NCBI GenBank assembly: GCA_963787835.1
Contig: CAWBEI010000002.1
Span: forward strand, 1,536,001-1,600,000
Source of the DNA: Ignavibacteriota bacterium
Lineage (GTDB): Bacteria > Bacteroidota > Ignavibacteria > Palsa-1295
Direction of reading: 5' to 3'
Length of the DNA: 64,000 nt
A model generated the notes under the pieces. That model was not told the DNA's origin. It made no database searches and was given only the letters and a program-made list of their open reading frames with translations. The stretch's first letter is position 1; every line of letters begins with the position of its first letter. Shown here in pieces: positions 1-8,422 of the stretch. Position numbers and translations under genes: made by a program.

Positions 1-79
1 ACGCACACGAGCGTTGCTCGCGAAGGAGGCGAGATGGAGGAATCGCAGCACAGTTATGATGAAATCGTTTGGAGGCCGA

Positions 80-904
80 TCACAGCCGATCCTTGCCGGA
101 AACCACGACCTCGTTCTTGGCTGCATCAATTGCTTTGGTGTAGCGATGGGAGATCATTATGTCGGCTGGATCAGGAGTCTCTGTTGTGGAAGCAGAAGCA
201 TCTGTTTTCACATCATGTGTTTGAGCGGAGTTCTGCGCCATCGAGTTGTCGGTAGTGCCAATCGCAGTTCTGGATGCGTGCGAGCGAGGGGTCGCTTGTT
301 TTCTTTCCGAAGAGGCGGAATACGTTGCGGGTTGAACCGCCGGGCTGGCAGATGGTTGCGTCGGGGTTAACGGACGCGTATTAACAGAAGGCTCGGATGG
401 CTGGATGCTGGCTGTTTGCCGGTCATGAGTGTTTTCCGAAAAGAGCCAGACCACACCAATGGTCAGCAAGAGCGAAAGAGCTGTCAGGCTTCCTCTAAAC
501 TGCCAACGCTTCAACTGGCGTGACATAGGAGTGGATGCGATCGCTCCACGGTCGGCGAGGAAACCGCGTGAGGTTTCTGCTTCAATAAGCGTACCGGTGG
601 GCGCCACAAGTTCTTCGGCTGCCATGGCTTCCATTATCTGTTGGATGCGCAGACGGGTTCGGTCGTCGAGATCATCGGAAAGCTGAAAACGCTTGTCTTC
701 ACGGCTTACACGGATCGCGCCGCGAACGACGAGATATTCGCGGAGAAGCATGCGTGCTTCTTCCGAGCGCGAAAGGCGGTCGAAAAGAACGGTCTCGAGT
801 TCTTTGCGAACAAGTTCGCCATCGAGATACTGGACGATAAGTTCTTCGGTCGTCGTGGTGTTAGCGCCGCCTTGGAGCGGGGTGCTTTGGTTGGTGTTCA
901 TCAT
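80..904 (-). CDS. putative transmembrane anti-sigma factor
   Basis: Directly downstream of an ECF sigma gene. N-terminal LIVQYLDGEL anti-sigma-like helical segment (no Zn-binding Cys), one TM helix (LTALSLLLTIGVVWLF), low-complexity periplasmic tail. Confidence 0.75.
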   Translation of the reverse strand: MMNTNQSTPLQGGANTTTTEELIVQYLDGELVRKELETVLFDRLSRSEEARMLLREYLVVRGAIRVSREDKRFQLSDDLDDRTRLRIQQIMEAMAAEELVAPTGTLIEAETSRGFLADRGAIASTPMSRQLKRWQFRGSLTALSLLLTIGVVWLFSENTHDRQTASIQPSEPSVNTRPLTPTQPSASPAVQPATYSASSERKQATPRSHASRTAIGTTDNSMAQNSAQTHDVKTDASASTTETPDPADIMISHRYTKAIDAAKNEVVVSGKDRL

Positions 905-937
905 TTTGATCTCACAAATAATTGAAATCTTCGGAGG

Positions 938-1933
938 TTAAACTTTTTTCTTATCTTTAGGATCCGGCTGGTTCCCATCGCCGTTGGTCTCTGCATCTCC
1001 AATAACGGGGAGAAGCATTTTGCGAAGCCGTGCTTTTGCACGGAAAATTCGAATACGAATGGTTGAAAGCGAGGCTCCCATCATCCGCCCGATCTCATCG
1101 TAGGTCAGCCCCTCATACTCACTGAGTATGAGCGCTTCGCGGAATTCATCCGGAAGCTTCGCGATTGCGGCGAGCAACAGTCCGGTTTGTTCATCCATTG
1201 ACATCCGTTCAAGGGGATCGTCATTGGAGGAAAATGCTTGCCTTACCTCATCGCTCGCTCCGTCCATGTTCACGCCGTCACCGGAGAACTCCAGCCCTTC
1301 ATTCTCGCGGAACGATCGCTTTTTTGCACTAAGGCAGGAGTGGCGTGTCACCGTGAAGATCCATGGCCTGAAATCTCCGCCATTGAAGGTGTGCCTGTAC
1401 TGAACAAGCCGAAAGAATACATCCTGGAAGGTATCCTCGACAGATTCGCGTGGAAGGCCTACACTAAAGAGTACTTGTGCACAATAGGCATAAATACTCG
1501 ATTTATAGCGTTCGTAAATAAAAAAGAAGGCTTGATCGTCGCCCTGTTGATAACGAAGAAAGAGGGCTTCGTCAGTAGGTTCTTCACCGCCTTCGATTTC
1601 CGGTCCGGCAGCGATCGGGGATCGGGGTTTCCGTTTATCAATGAACGAATGCAGCCCACCCGGGGCGTTTTTGGCTTGGGGCCGATCGTCCCGGCGCCTC
1701 ACAGCTTCATCTCTTGCGTCCGAAAGTAAGCTTGGATGACCCTCCTCAGGTTCGATAAATGGGGCTTTGTTCTCCGATGGTTCATTTCCATCTGAGGATC
1801 CCTGCATTCCAGAGGAAGATTGAGCATTCCATGAACGATCCTCCCAGGGTGGTTGTCCATCCTCGCGCTCGTCTTCCGGTTGGTCTAACCGTTCCTCTTG
1901 CATCTGCCCCAATGCGGTCTGCATGATACTCAT
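938..1933 (-). CDS. ECF-family RNA polymerase sigma factor with long acidic N-terminal extension
   Basis: Region 2 (TDEALFLRYQQGDDQAF...EDTFQDVF...FRPWIFTVTRH) and region 4 (LPDEFREALILSEYEGLTYDEIG...STIRIRIFRAK). Confidence 0.92.
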   Translation of the reverse strand: MSIMQTALGQMQEERLDQPEDEREDGQPPWEDRSWNAQSSSGMQGSSDGNEPSENKAPFIEPEEGHPSLLSDARDEAVRRRDDRPQAKNAPGGLHSFIDKRKPRSPIAAGPEIEGGEEPTDEALFLRYQQGDDQAFFFIYERYKSSIYAYCAQVLFSVGLPRESVEDTFQDVFFRLVQYRHTFNGGDFRPWIFTVTRHSCLSAKKRSFRENEGLEFSGDGVNMDGASDEVRQAFSSNDDPLERMSMDEQTGLLLAAIAKLPDEFREALILSEYEGLTYDEIGRMMGASLSTIRIRIFRAKARLRKMLLPVIGDAETNGDGNQPDPKDKKKV

Positions 1934-2373
1934 GCTATAATGATCACTCCATGCTTCGTATTCGAGAACTGTTCATATTCGAAATGAGCTCCAAATTCGA
2001 AACCTATGTTCGGCAGACGCAACCGCGCCTTCCATTGCAAGTTCATTGTACCGCTTACAGAGCGATTCCCTCGACTTCGATCCAGTGCGATATATAAATA
2101 ACTTCGCTCGCCGAAAATAATTACACCTTCATTGCAAGAAAAATACACATTTTGAGGATGTCATCGATTTTCCTTCAAAAATGCCTTTCTCAACACATAA
2201 AAAGAAGGTGTTTGTACTCTGACAGAAATTATAATCATCCCGTTCCAATTTCTAAAGGCTGTCCTATAATGGGACGAGAAAGCTTAGGGTACAATACCCA
2301 GAATCCCACACTTTTACCCATCCACTCAACATTCTGCAACATTACTATGGTATTTGTATCGCTTTGAGAACGG

Positions 2374-2392
2374 ATGTCTCAATTTGAGACAT
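2374..2392. promoter_or_regulatory. perfect 19-bp palindrome (TGT-N11-ACA), candidate Fis-type enhancer-binding-protein operator
   Basis: ATGTCTCAA-T-TTGAGACAT in the intergenic region between the divergent ECF sigma and NtrC-family genes; degenerate second copy TGTCCTATAATGGGACG at 2260-2276. Confidence 0.6.
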
Positions 2393-2541
2393 ACAGTGCA
2401 AGTCATTGTTCGATTTTGAAGATTCAGCTCTCCGCTTTTATTTGCCTGTGGAAATTCGAACTGAAGCATGAAAGATCGGGGTGAGAATTATAGTTTAGTT
2501 TTGCATGAGTAGTTACGCCATTAATTTAGTTACGCCATTTT

Positions 2542-4218
2542 ATGTTTACCACTAAGTCCCCGCAGGTGCGGGCCACTGCTAAACGGATCGTTCCCCGAAC
2601 GGAAAGCCCATTTAGTTCGCGGAAGAATGGGTCTTCTGTCAATTCAACATCCCCTACGGGAACGCCTAACCCGGTGGCGCGTTCACCATTCGGTTCCGTT
2701 CCTGATCCATCCCGGCCATTGCCTCCCCTTGGGATGGAAAATGCGGCATCGGAATATCCCGTCGCTCCGATCCTTATCGTCGATGACGAGCCGTTCGTAG
2801 CCGATCTGTTATTCCATTGGGTCAATAATGTGTGGGATTATCCCGCGATCATAGCGCGGGATGGCGAATCCGCGATCATGGCGATGCGCGAGCATCATCC
2901 TCGGATGGTGTTGCTCGATGTGCATCTGCCAGACCTAAACGGTATCGATGTCCTGCGGGCGATGAAAAGCGCCGATGAATTCCTTCCCGTGGTGATGGTA
3001 AGCGCCGAGGAAAGTATTGCAACCGCTGTTGAAGCGCTGAAGGCTGGCGGATACGATTATTTGACCAAGCCTATTAATACCGATCGCTTACAAGTTATTA
3101 TTCGCAACGCGCTCGCCACCTATAGCTATCATGAAAAGTTACGCTCCTTGCAGCGCGAGTTGAATCATCGTTATGATTTTTCAAACATTATCTCGGCCGA
3201 TCCACGGATGCATGATGTGTTTAAGCTTATGCGTAAGGCCTGTGAAAGTGAGATCACGGTTTGCATTCTTGGTGAATCCGGGACGGGTAAGGAATTAGTT
3301 GCCCGTGCGATCCACTCCAACGGACCACGGAACGATAAGCCGTTTCAGATCATCAATTGCGCTGCAATTCCACATGCGCTTCTGGAATCGGAGCTGTTCG
3401 GTCATGAAAAGGGAAGTTTTACCGGGGCTACACAACGCAAGATAGGGAAATTCGAGGCTGCTAACGGCGGCACGCTCTTTTTAGATGAGATCGGCGATAT
3501 GGATCTTATGCTTCAAGCTAAAGTGCTTCGCGCGATCCAGCAGCATGAGTTCGAGCGTGTTGGAGGTACGGAGACCATTCGAGTCGATGTTCGGATCATC
3601 TGCGCAACGAACGCCGATTTGCAGGCGGCAATTCTGGCCAGGCGATTCCGTGAGGATCTCTATTACCGGATCGCGGGGTTCCCGATCCTGCTTCCTCCGC
3701 TTCGCGAGCGTCGCGGGGACATTCTCTTACTCGCAGAAACCTTCCTTAAGCGTACAAGCGAACGGCAGGGAAAGCGTGTCAGCACGTTATCGCGTGCTTC
3801 GATGGAGGCCATGCTTTTGTATCCCTGGCCCGGAAATATTCGTGAGATCGAAAGCACGATCGAGCGCGCCGTGATCCTGGCCGATGGAGATACTATCCAC
3901 ACCCGCGATCTGCCTCTTTCTGTGCGGCAATATGGCGAGGTGGCGGAGGGCGAAGAAAAATCCGACGATATGCAGGAGTTCTTCGATCCATTCAAGAACC
4001 GCACGGTATTACCGCTCGAAGAAGTCAAGAAGATCGTGGTACATCATGCGCTCAGCGCCTGCCGTGGCAATATCAGCGAGGCAGCGCAAAAACTGGATAT
4101 CAGCCGTTCCACCATGTACCGGTTCCTCGAGATCTATCAGATCGAGACCAAGAATGGGCTTGCATTGCTCCCCACCCCGGAGCAAACCAATGGAGTGGCT
4201 GCGATGCAGGCTGCATAG
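2542..4218 (+). CDS. sigma54-dependent response regulator (NtrC/AtoC family: REC, AAA+, Fis HTH)
   Basis: ILIVDDE receiver, Walker A GESGTGKE, ESELFGHEKGSFTGA, Walker B TLFLDEIG, RFREDLYYR, WPGNIRE, C-terminal GNISEAAQKLDISRSTMY. True start may be downstream (e.g. MENAASE). Confidence 0.95.
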   Translation: MFTTKSPQVRATAKRIVPRTESPFSSRKNGSSVNSTSPTGTPNPVARSPFGSVPDPSRPLPPLGMENAASEYPVAPILIVDDEPFVADLLFHWVNNVWDYPAIIARDGESAIMAMREHHPRMVLLDVHLPDLNGIDVLRAMKSADEFLPVVMVSAEESIATAVEALKAGGYDYLTKPINTDRLQVIIRNALATYSYHEKLRSLQRELNHRYDFSNIISADPRMHDVFKLMRKACESEITVCILGESGTGKELVARAIHSNGPRNDKPFQIINCAAIPHALLESELFGHEKGSFTGATQRKIGKFEAANGGTLFLDEIGDMDLMLQAKVLRAIQQHEFERVGGTETIRVDVRIICATNADLQAAILARRFREDLYYRIAGFPILLPPLRERRGDILLLAETFLKRTSERQGKRVSTLSRASMEAMLLYPWPGNIREIESTIERAVILADGDTIHTRDLPLSVRQYGEVAEGEEKSDDMQEFFDPFKNRTVLPLEEVKKIVVHHALSACRGNISEAAQKLDISRSTMYRFLEIYQIETKNGLALLPTPEQTNGVAAMQAA

Positions 4219-4274
4219 ATACGGGCTATCGATCTATCCTCCATTCGGAACCTTTGACACCGCTGGAGGCGCGG

Positions 4275-4383
4275 CCCGTTTGTAGAACAGAACAAATCAA
4301 ATATCAAAGCTCCGTAAGAGCGACCATGAGGCCACTCCTACGGAGCTTGCTTGATTCATAAAGAATAAATATCTACAAACGGG
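4275..4383. repeat. REP-like nested inverted repeat between convergent genes
   Basis: CCCGTTTGTAGA (4275-4286) / TCTACAAACGGG (4372-4383) enclosing AAGCTCCGTA (4307-4316) / TACGGAGCTT (4339-4348). Confidence 0.7.
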
Positions 4384-4409
4384 GCGCTGCTAACGCAGCG
4401 TTCATCCTT

Positions 4410-5039
4410 CTAGCTCTGCTTCATTTTAATTCCGCAGCCGATGGCTTTCGTGTGCGCTGTTACGATCGGTTGCCCTGCCAGTAGTGCATTCACGGCGTCC
4501 GCCACATAGTACTTGGTGACCTGCGTTGCATCGTCCGCATTATCATCGATCGCGCCAACATAACGGACGATCAGCTTCCCATTCTCCTTATTCAATACGA
4601 ACACATGCGGCGTGTTGGTGGCGCCATATTCCCGGGTGATCTTCTGCGAAGCGTCATCGAGATAAGGGAAGGAATAATTACGTTCCTTTGCATACGATAC
4701 CATCTTTTCGTAAGTATCGTCAGCGTAGATACTGGGGTCGGTCGGATTGATCGCGATAACGGGATATCCCTTTGGCGCGAAGGTTGTGTTGAGTGCTGCA
4801 ATGCGGCTCTCATACAGCTTCGCGACCGGGCAGTGATTGCACGTAAAAACAACGATGAACCCCTTGGCATCCTTGAAATTAGCCAAGGAGACCATTTTGC
4901 CATCGACGTTCCTGAGATTAAAATCCTGTGCTACGTCTCCGGCCTTGTAACCGCTTGGCCCCGTGCCGAGCGGAGTAAAGCTTTGAATTCCGAGCGTGAC
5001 TGCGAGAAGAAGAGATGCGAGTATTAAGTAGTGTTTCAT
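4410..5039 (-). CDS. exported thioredoxin-family (AhpC/TSA-like) protein
   Basis: Signal peptide, FTCNHCP CxxC motif, YGATNTPHVF, YVGAIDDN, AIGCGIK. Confidence 0.9.
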   Translation of the reverse strand: MKHYLILASLLLAVTLGIQSFTPLGTGPSGYKAGDVAQDFNLRNVDGKMVSLANFKDAKGFIVVFTCNHCPVAKLYESRIAALNTTFAPKGYPVIAINPTDPSIYADDTYEKMVSYAKERNYSFPYLDDASQKITREYGATNTPHVFVLNKENGKLIVRYVGAIDDNADDATQVTKYYVADAVNALLAGQPIVTAHTKAIGCGIKMKQS

Positions 5040-5065
5040 GATAATAATAAATGGATTGAAAGACC

Positions 5066-5554
5066 CTATGGTAAAAATGGTTTCATTGTTGCTTCGAGTG
5101 AAGCATACGTGAACTCCTTTGCAAACATGGTTCGAACGTGCGTTCCATTGTTAATGACAAGTGTAGCCGGAAGATTCCCGTCCCACCCCGAATCGACGCG
5201 GTCGATCCAGGAATTGTAGTCCGTTTCATTGAGCAAAACCACCTCGTTCTTCACATGATGTTTTTGCAGGAACGGCATAAGCCGCTTCGAAAGATCCTTT
5301 CTGAAATCGAGGCTCACAAAAATGAGCTTCACTTTCTTATCCGCAACGCCAGCAGAAAAACGCTGGAACGCCGGAAATTCCTTCACGCACGGCTCGCACC
5401 ACGTCGCGAAAAAATTGAAGATGTACGTCGTATCGTTCTGGATCGACATCATATTCGATAGTTCATCGAATTTTATGATGCGTGCCTGTTGTGCGGCTGC
5501 ATTCTTTCCTGTAAATAAAAGGAGTACGCAGCAAAGCACGATAAATTTCTTCAC
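5066..5554 (-). CDS. TlpA-family thiol-disulfide oxidoreductase
   Basis: Signal peptide, NFFATWCEPCVKEFP, WDGNLPATL. Confidence 0.9.
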   Translation of the reverse strand: MKKFIVLCCVLLLFTGKNAAAQQARIIKFDELSNMMSIQNDTTYIFNFFATWCEPCVKEFPAFQRFSAGVADKKVKLIFVSLDFRKDLSKRLMPFLQKHHVKNEVVLLNETDYNSWIDRVDSGWDGNLPATLVINNGTHVRTMFAKEFTYASLEATMKPFLP

Positions 5555-5642
5555 GATGCGTAACTAATACAGAAAAGGGAGGGCGAATGTTTCCCTTACG
5601 GCGCAATAGGAGATTAATAATTATACATGGAGAAGAACGGCT

Positions 5643-6089
5643 TCAATTATCGCTGTGTGCCTTCCGACGCTTCGAGACTGAATTTGCCAGGCTTCTCTTT
5701 GCCTTTTCGCGATAATGCTTCATCAGCCCTTCTCTGTCCTTGCGCAGCCATGTCATAAAGTCCTTTGGCAGCGTATCATCATGGTATTTCGCCCCCCATT
5801 CCACGAGGTCGAGAACGATTGGCATAAGGTCGATGCCTTTTTTTGTCAGCCGGTAAACGAATTTCGATTTGTTTATAGGCGAAACAAGTTTTTTAAGAAT
5901 TTTCTCGGATTCAAGAAACCGTAGCCGGTCAGCCAGAATGTTCGTCGCGATCCCTTCTGCCGACTGGTAAAAATCCCCATAACAGGTTTTGTCAAAGAAC
6001 ATAATATCCCGGATGATGAGCAGGGTCCAATTGTCCCCCAAAATTTCAAGTGAATAATTGATCGGGCAGTCCGATTTTCGTTTTAACAT
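5643..6089 (-). CDS. HxlR-family winged-helix transcriptional regulator
   Basis: SDCPINYSLEILGDNWTLLIIRD, EGIATNILADRL, YRLTKKGIDL; N-terminal Cys typical of redox-sensing HxlR/YodB-like proteins. Confidence 0.9.
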   Translation of the reverse strand: MLKRKSDCPINYSLEILGDNWTLLIIRDIMFFDKTCYGDFYQSAEGIATNILADRLRFLESEKILKKLVSPINKSKFVYRLTKKGIDLMPIVLDLVEWGAKYHDDTLPKDFMTWLRKDREGLMKHYREKAKRSLANSVSKRRKAHSDN

Positions 6090-6142
6090 AGCTCTAAAAT
6101 AAGTATTATTGGTGAAGAACTGATTTTTTGCTCGCGAAGTTT

Positions 6143-6259
6143 ACTTGCAAAAGGCAAGTTGCTCAAAAAACGATTAATTCTTTCCTTCTTCATCGGAAAC
6201 AATGGAGGAAAAATCGAGTAGTAGTTTTTGCAATCTACTTGTAAAAAGCAAGTAGATTG
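6143..6259. promoter_or_regulatory. two ACTTG-N7-CAAGT operator palindromes between divergent hxlR and doxX
   Basis: ACTTGCAAAAGGCAAGT (6143-6159) and CAATCTACTTG-TAAAAAG-CAAGTAGATTG (6231-6259). Confidence 0.7.
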
Positions 6260-6312
6260 AATAAAGTAATAAACATACTCCATCTTCACATCAAACAGAA
6301 AGGAACGACATA

Positions 6313-6801
6313 ATGGAAATCAGCAAAATATGGCGATGGTTCGCTAATCCTCCAACCGATGCGCCGCCCGCAACCATCCTGCTTCGCCTGATGGCGGGAG
6401 GCGTGTTTTTTTTCGAGGGTATTCTGAAATTTGTGTATGTAAATCAGGGCGTCGGACGATTTACGAAACTCGGATTCTCTGTTCCGGAATTTACCGCACA
6501 TTTTGTCGGGGCGCTCGAGATCGGAGGCGGTCTCCTTTTAATGTTCGGATTATTCACAAGATTCTTTGCCTTTATATTCATCATCCAGATGATCGTGGCA
6601 ATATTATCGACAAAGATCAGCTTGTATTTGGGTACGTTCCCGCTGCCGTTGCCACCCTCGCCACCAACCGTTGGGTTTTGGGCTGTGGAGCATGAATCCC
6701 GTTCGGACGTTGCCCAGCTCCTGACCTGCGTGTTCCTGCTCATCGTGGGTTCCGGAAGATTTTCGTTAGACGCATTTTTTCATAAAGAGCGCAAGCATTA
6801 A
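6313..6801 (+). CDS. DoxX-family membrane protein
   Basis: LLRLMAGGVFFFEGILKF...NQGVGRFTKLG...EIGGGLLL...GSGRFSLDA. Confidence 0.9.
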   Translation: MEISKIWRWFANPPTDAPPATILLRLMAGGVFFFEGILKFVYVNQGVGRFTKLGFSVPEFTAHFVGALEIGGGLLLMFGLFTRFFAFIFIIQMIVAILSTKISLYLGTFPLPLPPSPPTVGFWAVEHESRSDVAQLLTCVFLLIVGSGRFSLDAFFHKERKH

Positions 6802-6817
6802 GGACTCATTTAATAAT

Positions 6818-6897
6818 TCTGAACCTGGATTCCCCGCAGGATGGTCATGCAGCGGGAATGACAATCATAAAAAACATCCCCGTAATCCAGGTTCAGA
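6818..6897. repeat. inverted repeat / REP-like element between convergent doxX and rarA, probable bidirectional terminator
   Basis: TCTGAACCTGGATT (6818-6831) / AATCCAGGTTCAGA (6884-6897) enclosing a GCGGGAATGAC REP half-site. Confidence 0.6.
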
Positions 6898-8233
6898 CCT
6901 TATATTTCTCCGGCCACAATGCTTTCAATCTATCCAAAATAGTTTTTTCGCGGCCCTGCTCGGTGGGGTGGTAGAATGTTTTGTGCGTGATACTGTCCGG
7001 CAGATAGGTCTCACCGCGCGCAAAGTGGCCTTCTTCGGAGTGGGCGTAGCGGTAGCCTTCGTGGTAACCTAATGATTTCATCAATTTGGTCGGCGCGTTG
7101 CGTAAGTGGAGCGGCACCGGCTCATTGGGATTTTCTTTCGCTTCTTCCAGTGCCGCAAAAATTCCCATATAGGATGCGTTCGATTTATTTGCCGATGCAA
7201 GATACGAAACCACCTGCCCGAAAATGATCGTCGCCTCCGGATAGCCTACAGCGCGGACGGCATCCCAACATGCCATAGCGAGCAGAAGCGCGTTGGGATC
7301 GGCATTGCCGATGTCCTCGCTGGCGAAAATGATCATGCGACGAGCGATGAACTCCAGATCCTCGCCGGACTCGATCATGCGGGCGCACCAGTAAAGCGCA
7401 GCGTTCGGGTCCGAGCCGCGCATGGACTTGATGAACGCGCTGATGATATTGTAATGCTCTTCGCCGGCTTTATCGTAGCGGGAAGCTTTTCTGCCGTACG
7501 CGGCTTCGATGGTGTCGATGGGGATAACCACCCCCCAGCCCCCTCCTACTCCGCGCATCGTGGGCGATGCCAGCTCCGTAGGAGGGGGAGTTAGTTGTAC
7601 CGCCAGTTCCAGCGCATTCAGCATTTTACGAGCATCGCCACCGGAGAGAGCGATTAGGGCGCGCCGAGCATCATCTGAAAGCGTAATATTTAAGGATCGC
7701 AGTTCTTCGTCCTGAGTGATGGCTCGGTCAAGCAATTGTTCGAGGTCTTCGCGTGATAAATTTTCCAGCACAAAAACACGTGCGCGGCTTAGGAGCGGGG
7801 AGATCACTTCGAAGGAAGGATTTTCCGTCGTTGCACCGATGAGTGTAATGTCCCCATGCTCGACAGCTCCCAACAATGCATCCTGCTGCGATTTTGAGAA
7901 CCGGTGAACTTCATCGATGAAGAGCACACTGCGATCTTTCGAAGTTTGGTTTGCTTCCTTCGCTGATTCAATTGCCTCGCGCAGATCTTTTACCCCCGCG
8001 CTGATCGCTGAAAGCGAAAAGAACGGAGCATCCACCGAATGGGCAAGAATATTTGCAAGCGTCGTTTTCCCCGAACCAGGAGGACCCCAGAAGATCATGG
8101 AATGTAATTTGCCACGCTCGATCATTACCCGGAGCGGCTTGCCAGAGCCGATAAGGGATCGCTGGCCGACAACCTCATCAAGCGTTTGTGGCCTCATCCG
8201 CTCAGCCAGTGGCGCAAAGGAATGGGCTGGCAT
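6893..8233 (-). CDS. rarA: replication-associated recombination protein A (RarA/MgsA)
   Basis: PLAERMRP, GPPGSGKTT, LFIDEVHRFSKSQQD, GATTENP, HYNIISAFIKSMRGSDP, ASEDIGNADP, VPLHLRNAPT. Start placed at MPAHSF (8233); the ORF is open to 8311. Confidence 0.96.
   Translation of the reverse strand: MPAHSFAPLAERMRPQTLDEVVGQRSLIGSGKPLRVMIERGKLHSMIFWGPPGSGKTTLANILAHSVDAPFFSLSAISAGVKDLREAIESAKEANQTSKDRSVLFIDEVHRFSKSQQDALLGAVEHGDITLIGATTENPSFEVISPLLSRARVFVLENLSREDLEQLLDRAITQDEELRSLNITLSDDARRALIALSGGDARKMLNALELAVQLTPPPTELASPTMRGVGGGWGVVIPIDTIEAAYGRKASRYDKAGEEHYNIISAFIKSMRGSDPNAALYWCARMIESGEDLEFIARRMIIFASEDIGNADPNALLLAMACWDAVRAVGYPEATIIFGQVVSYLASANKSNASYMGIFAALEEAKENPNEPVPLHLRNAPTKLMKSLGYHEGYRYAHSEEGHFARGETYLPDSITHKTFYHPTEQGREKTILDRLKALWPEKYKV
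7530..7590. repeat. palindromic repeat element inserted in frame within rarA
   Basis: Stem CCCCCTCCTAC (7539-7549) / GTAGGAGGGGG (7578-7588) with inner hairpin GCATCG-TGGG-CGATGC; translated as TPPPTELASPTMRGVGGGWGV. Confidence 0.75.
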
Positions 8234-8422
8234 GTTTGGGCTGAATGGTAATGGGTCGGCATCCGGCCGTTTGGTTGGTTTCATTCTTTTTTGTCCCGGT
8301 GCTCCATCCATTTTACCGCTCCTTATGAACCATTAAAATTGGGTCAGAAACTGAACGCCGTGATAATTGCTTTTATTCACGGTTATATACATTAAATTGT
8401 TAGAACAAACGCATCCTGCCGA

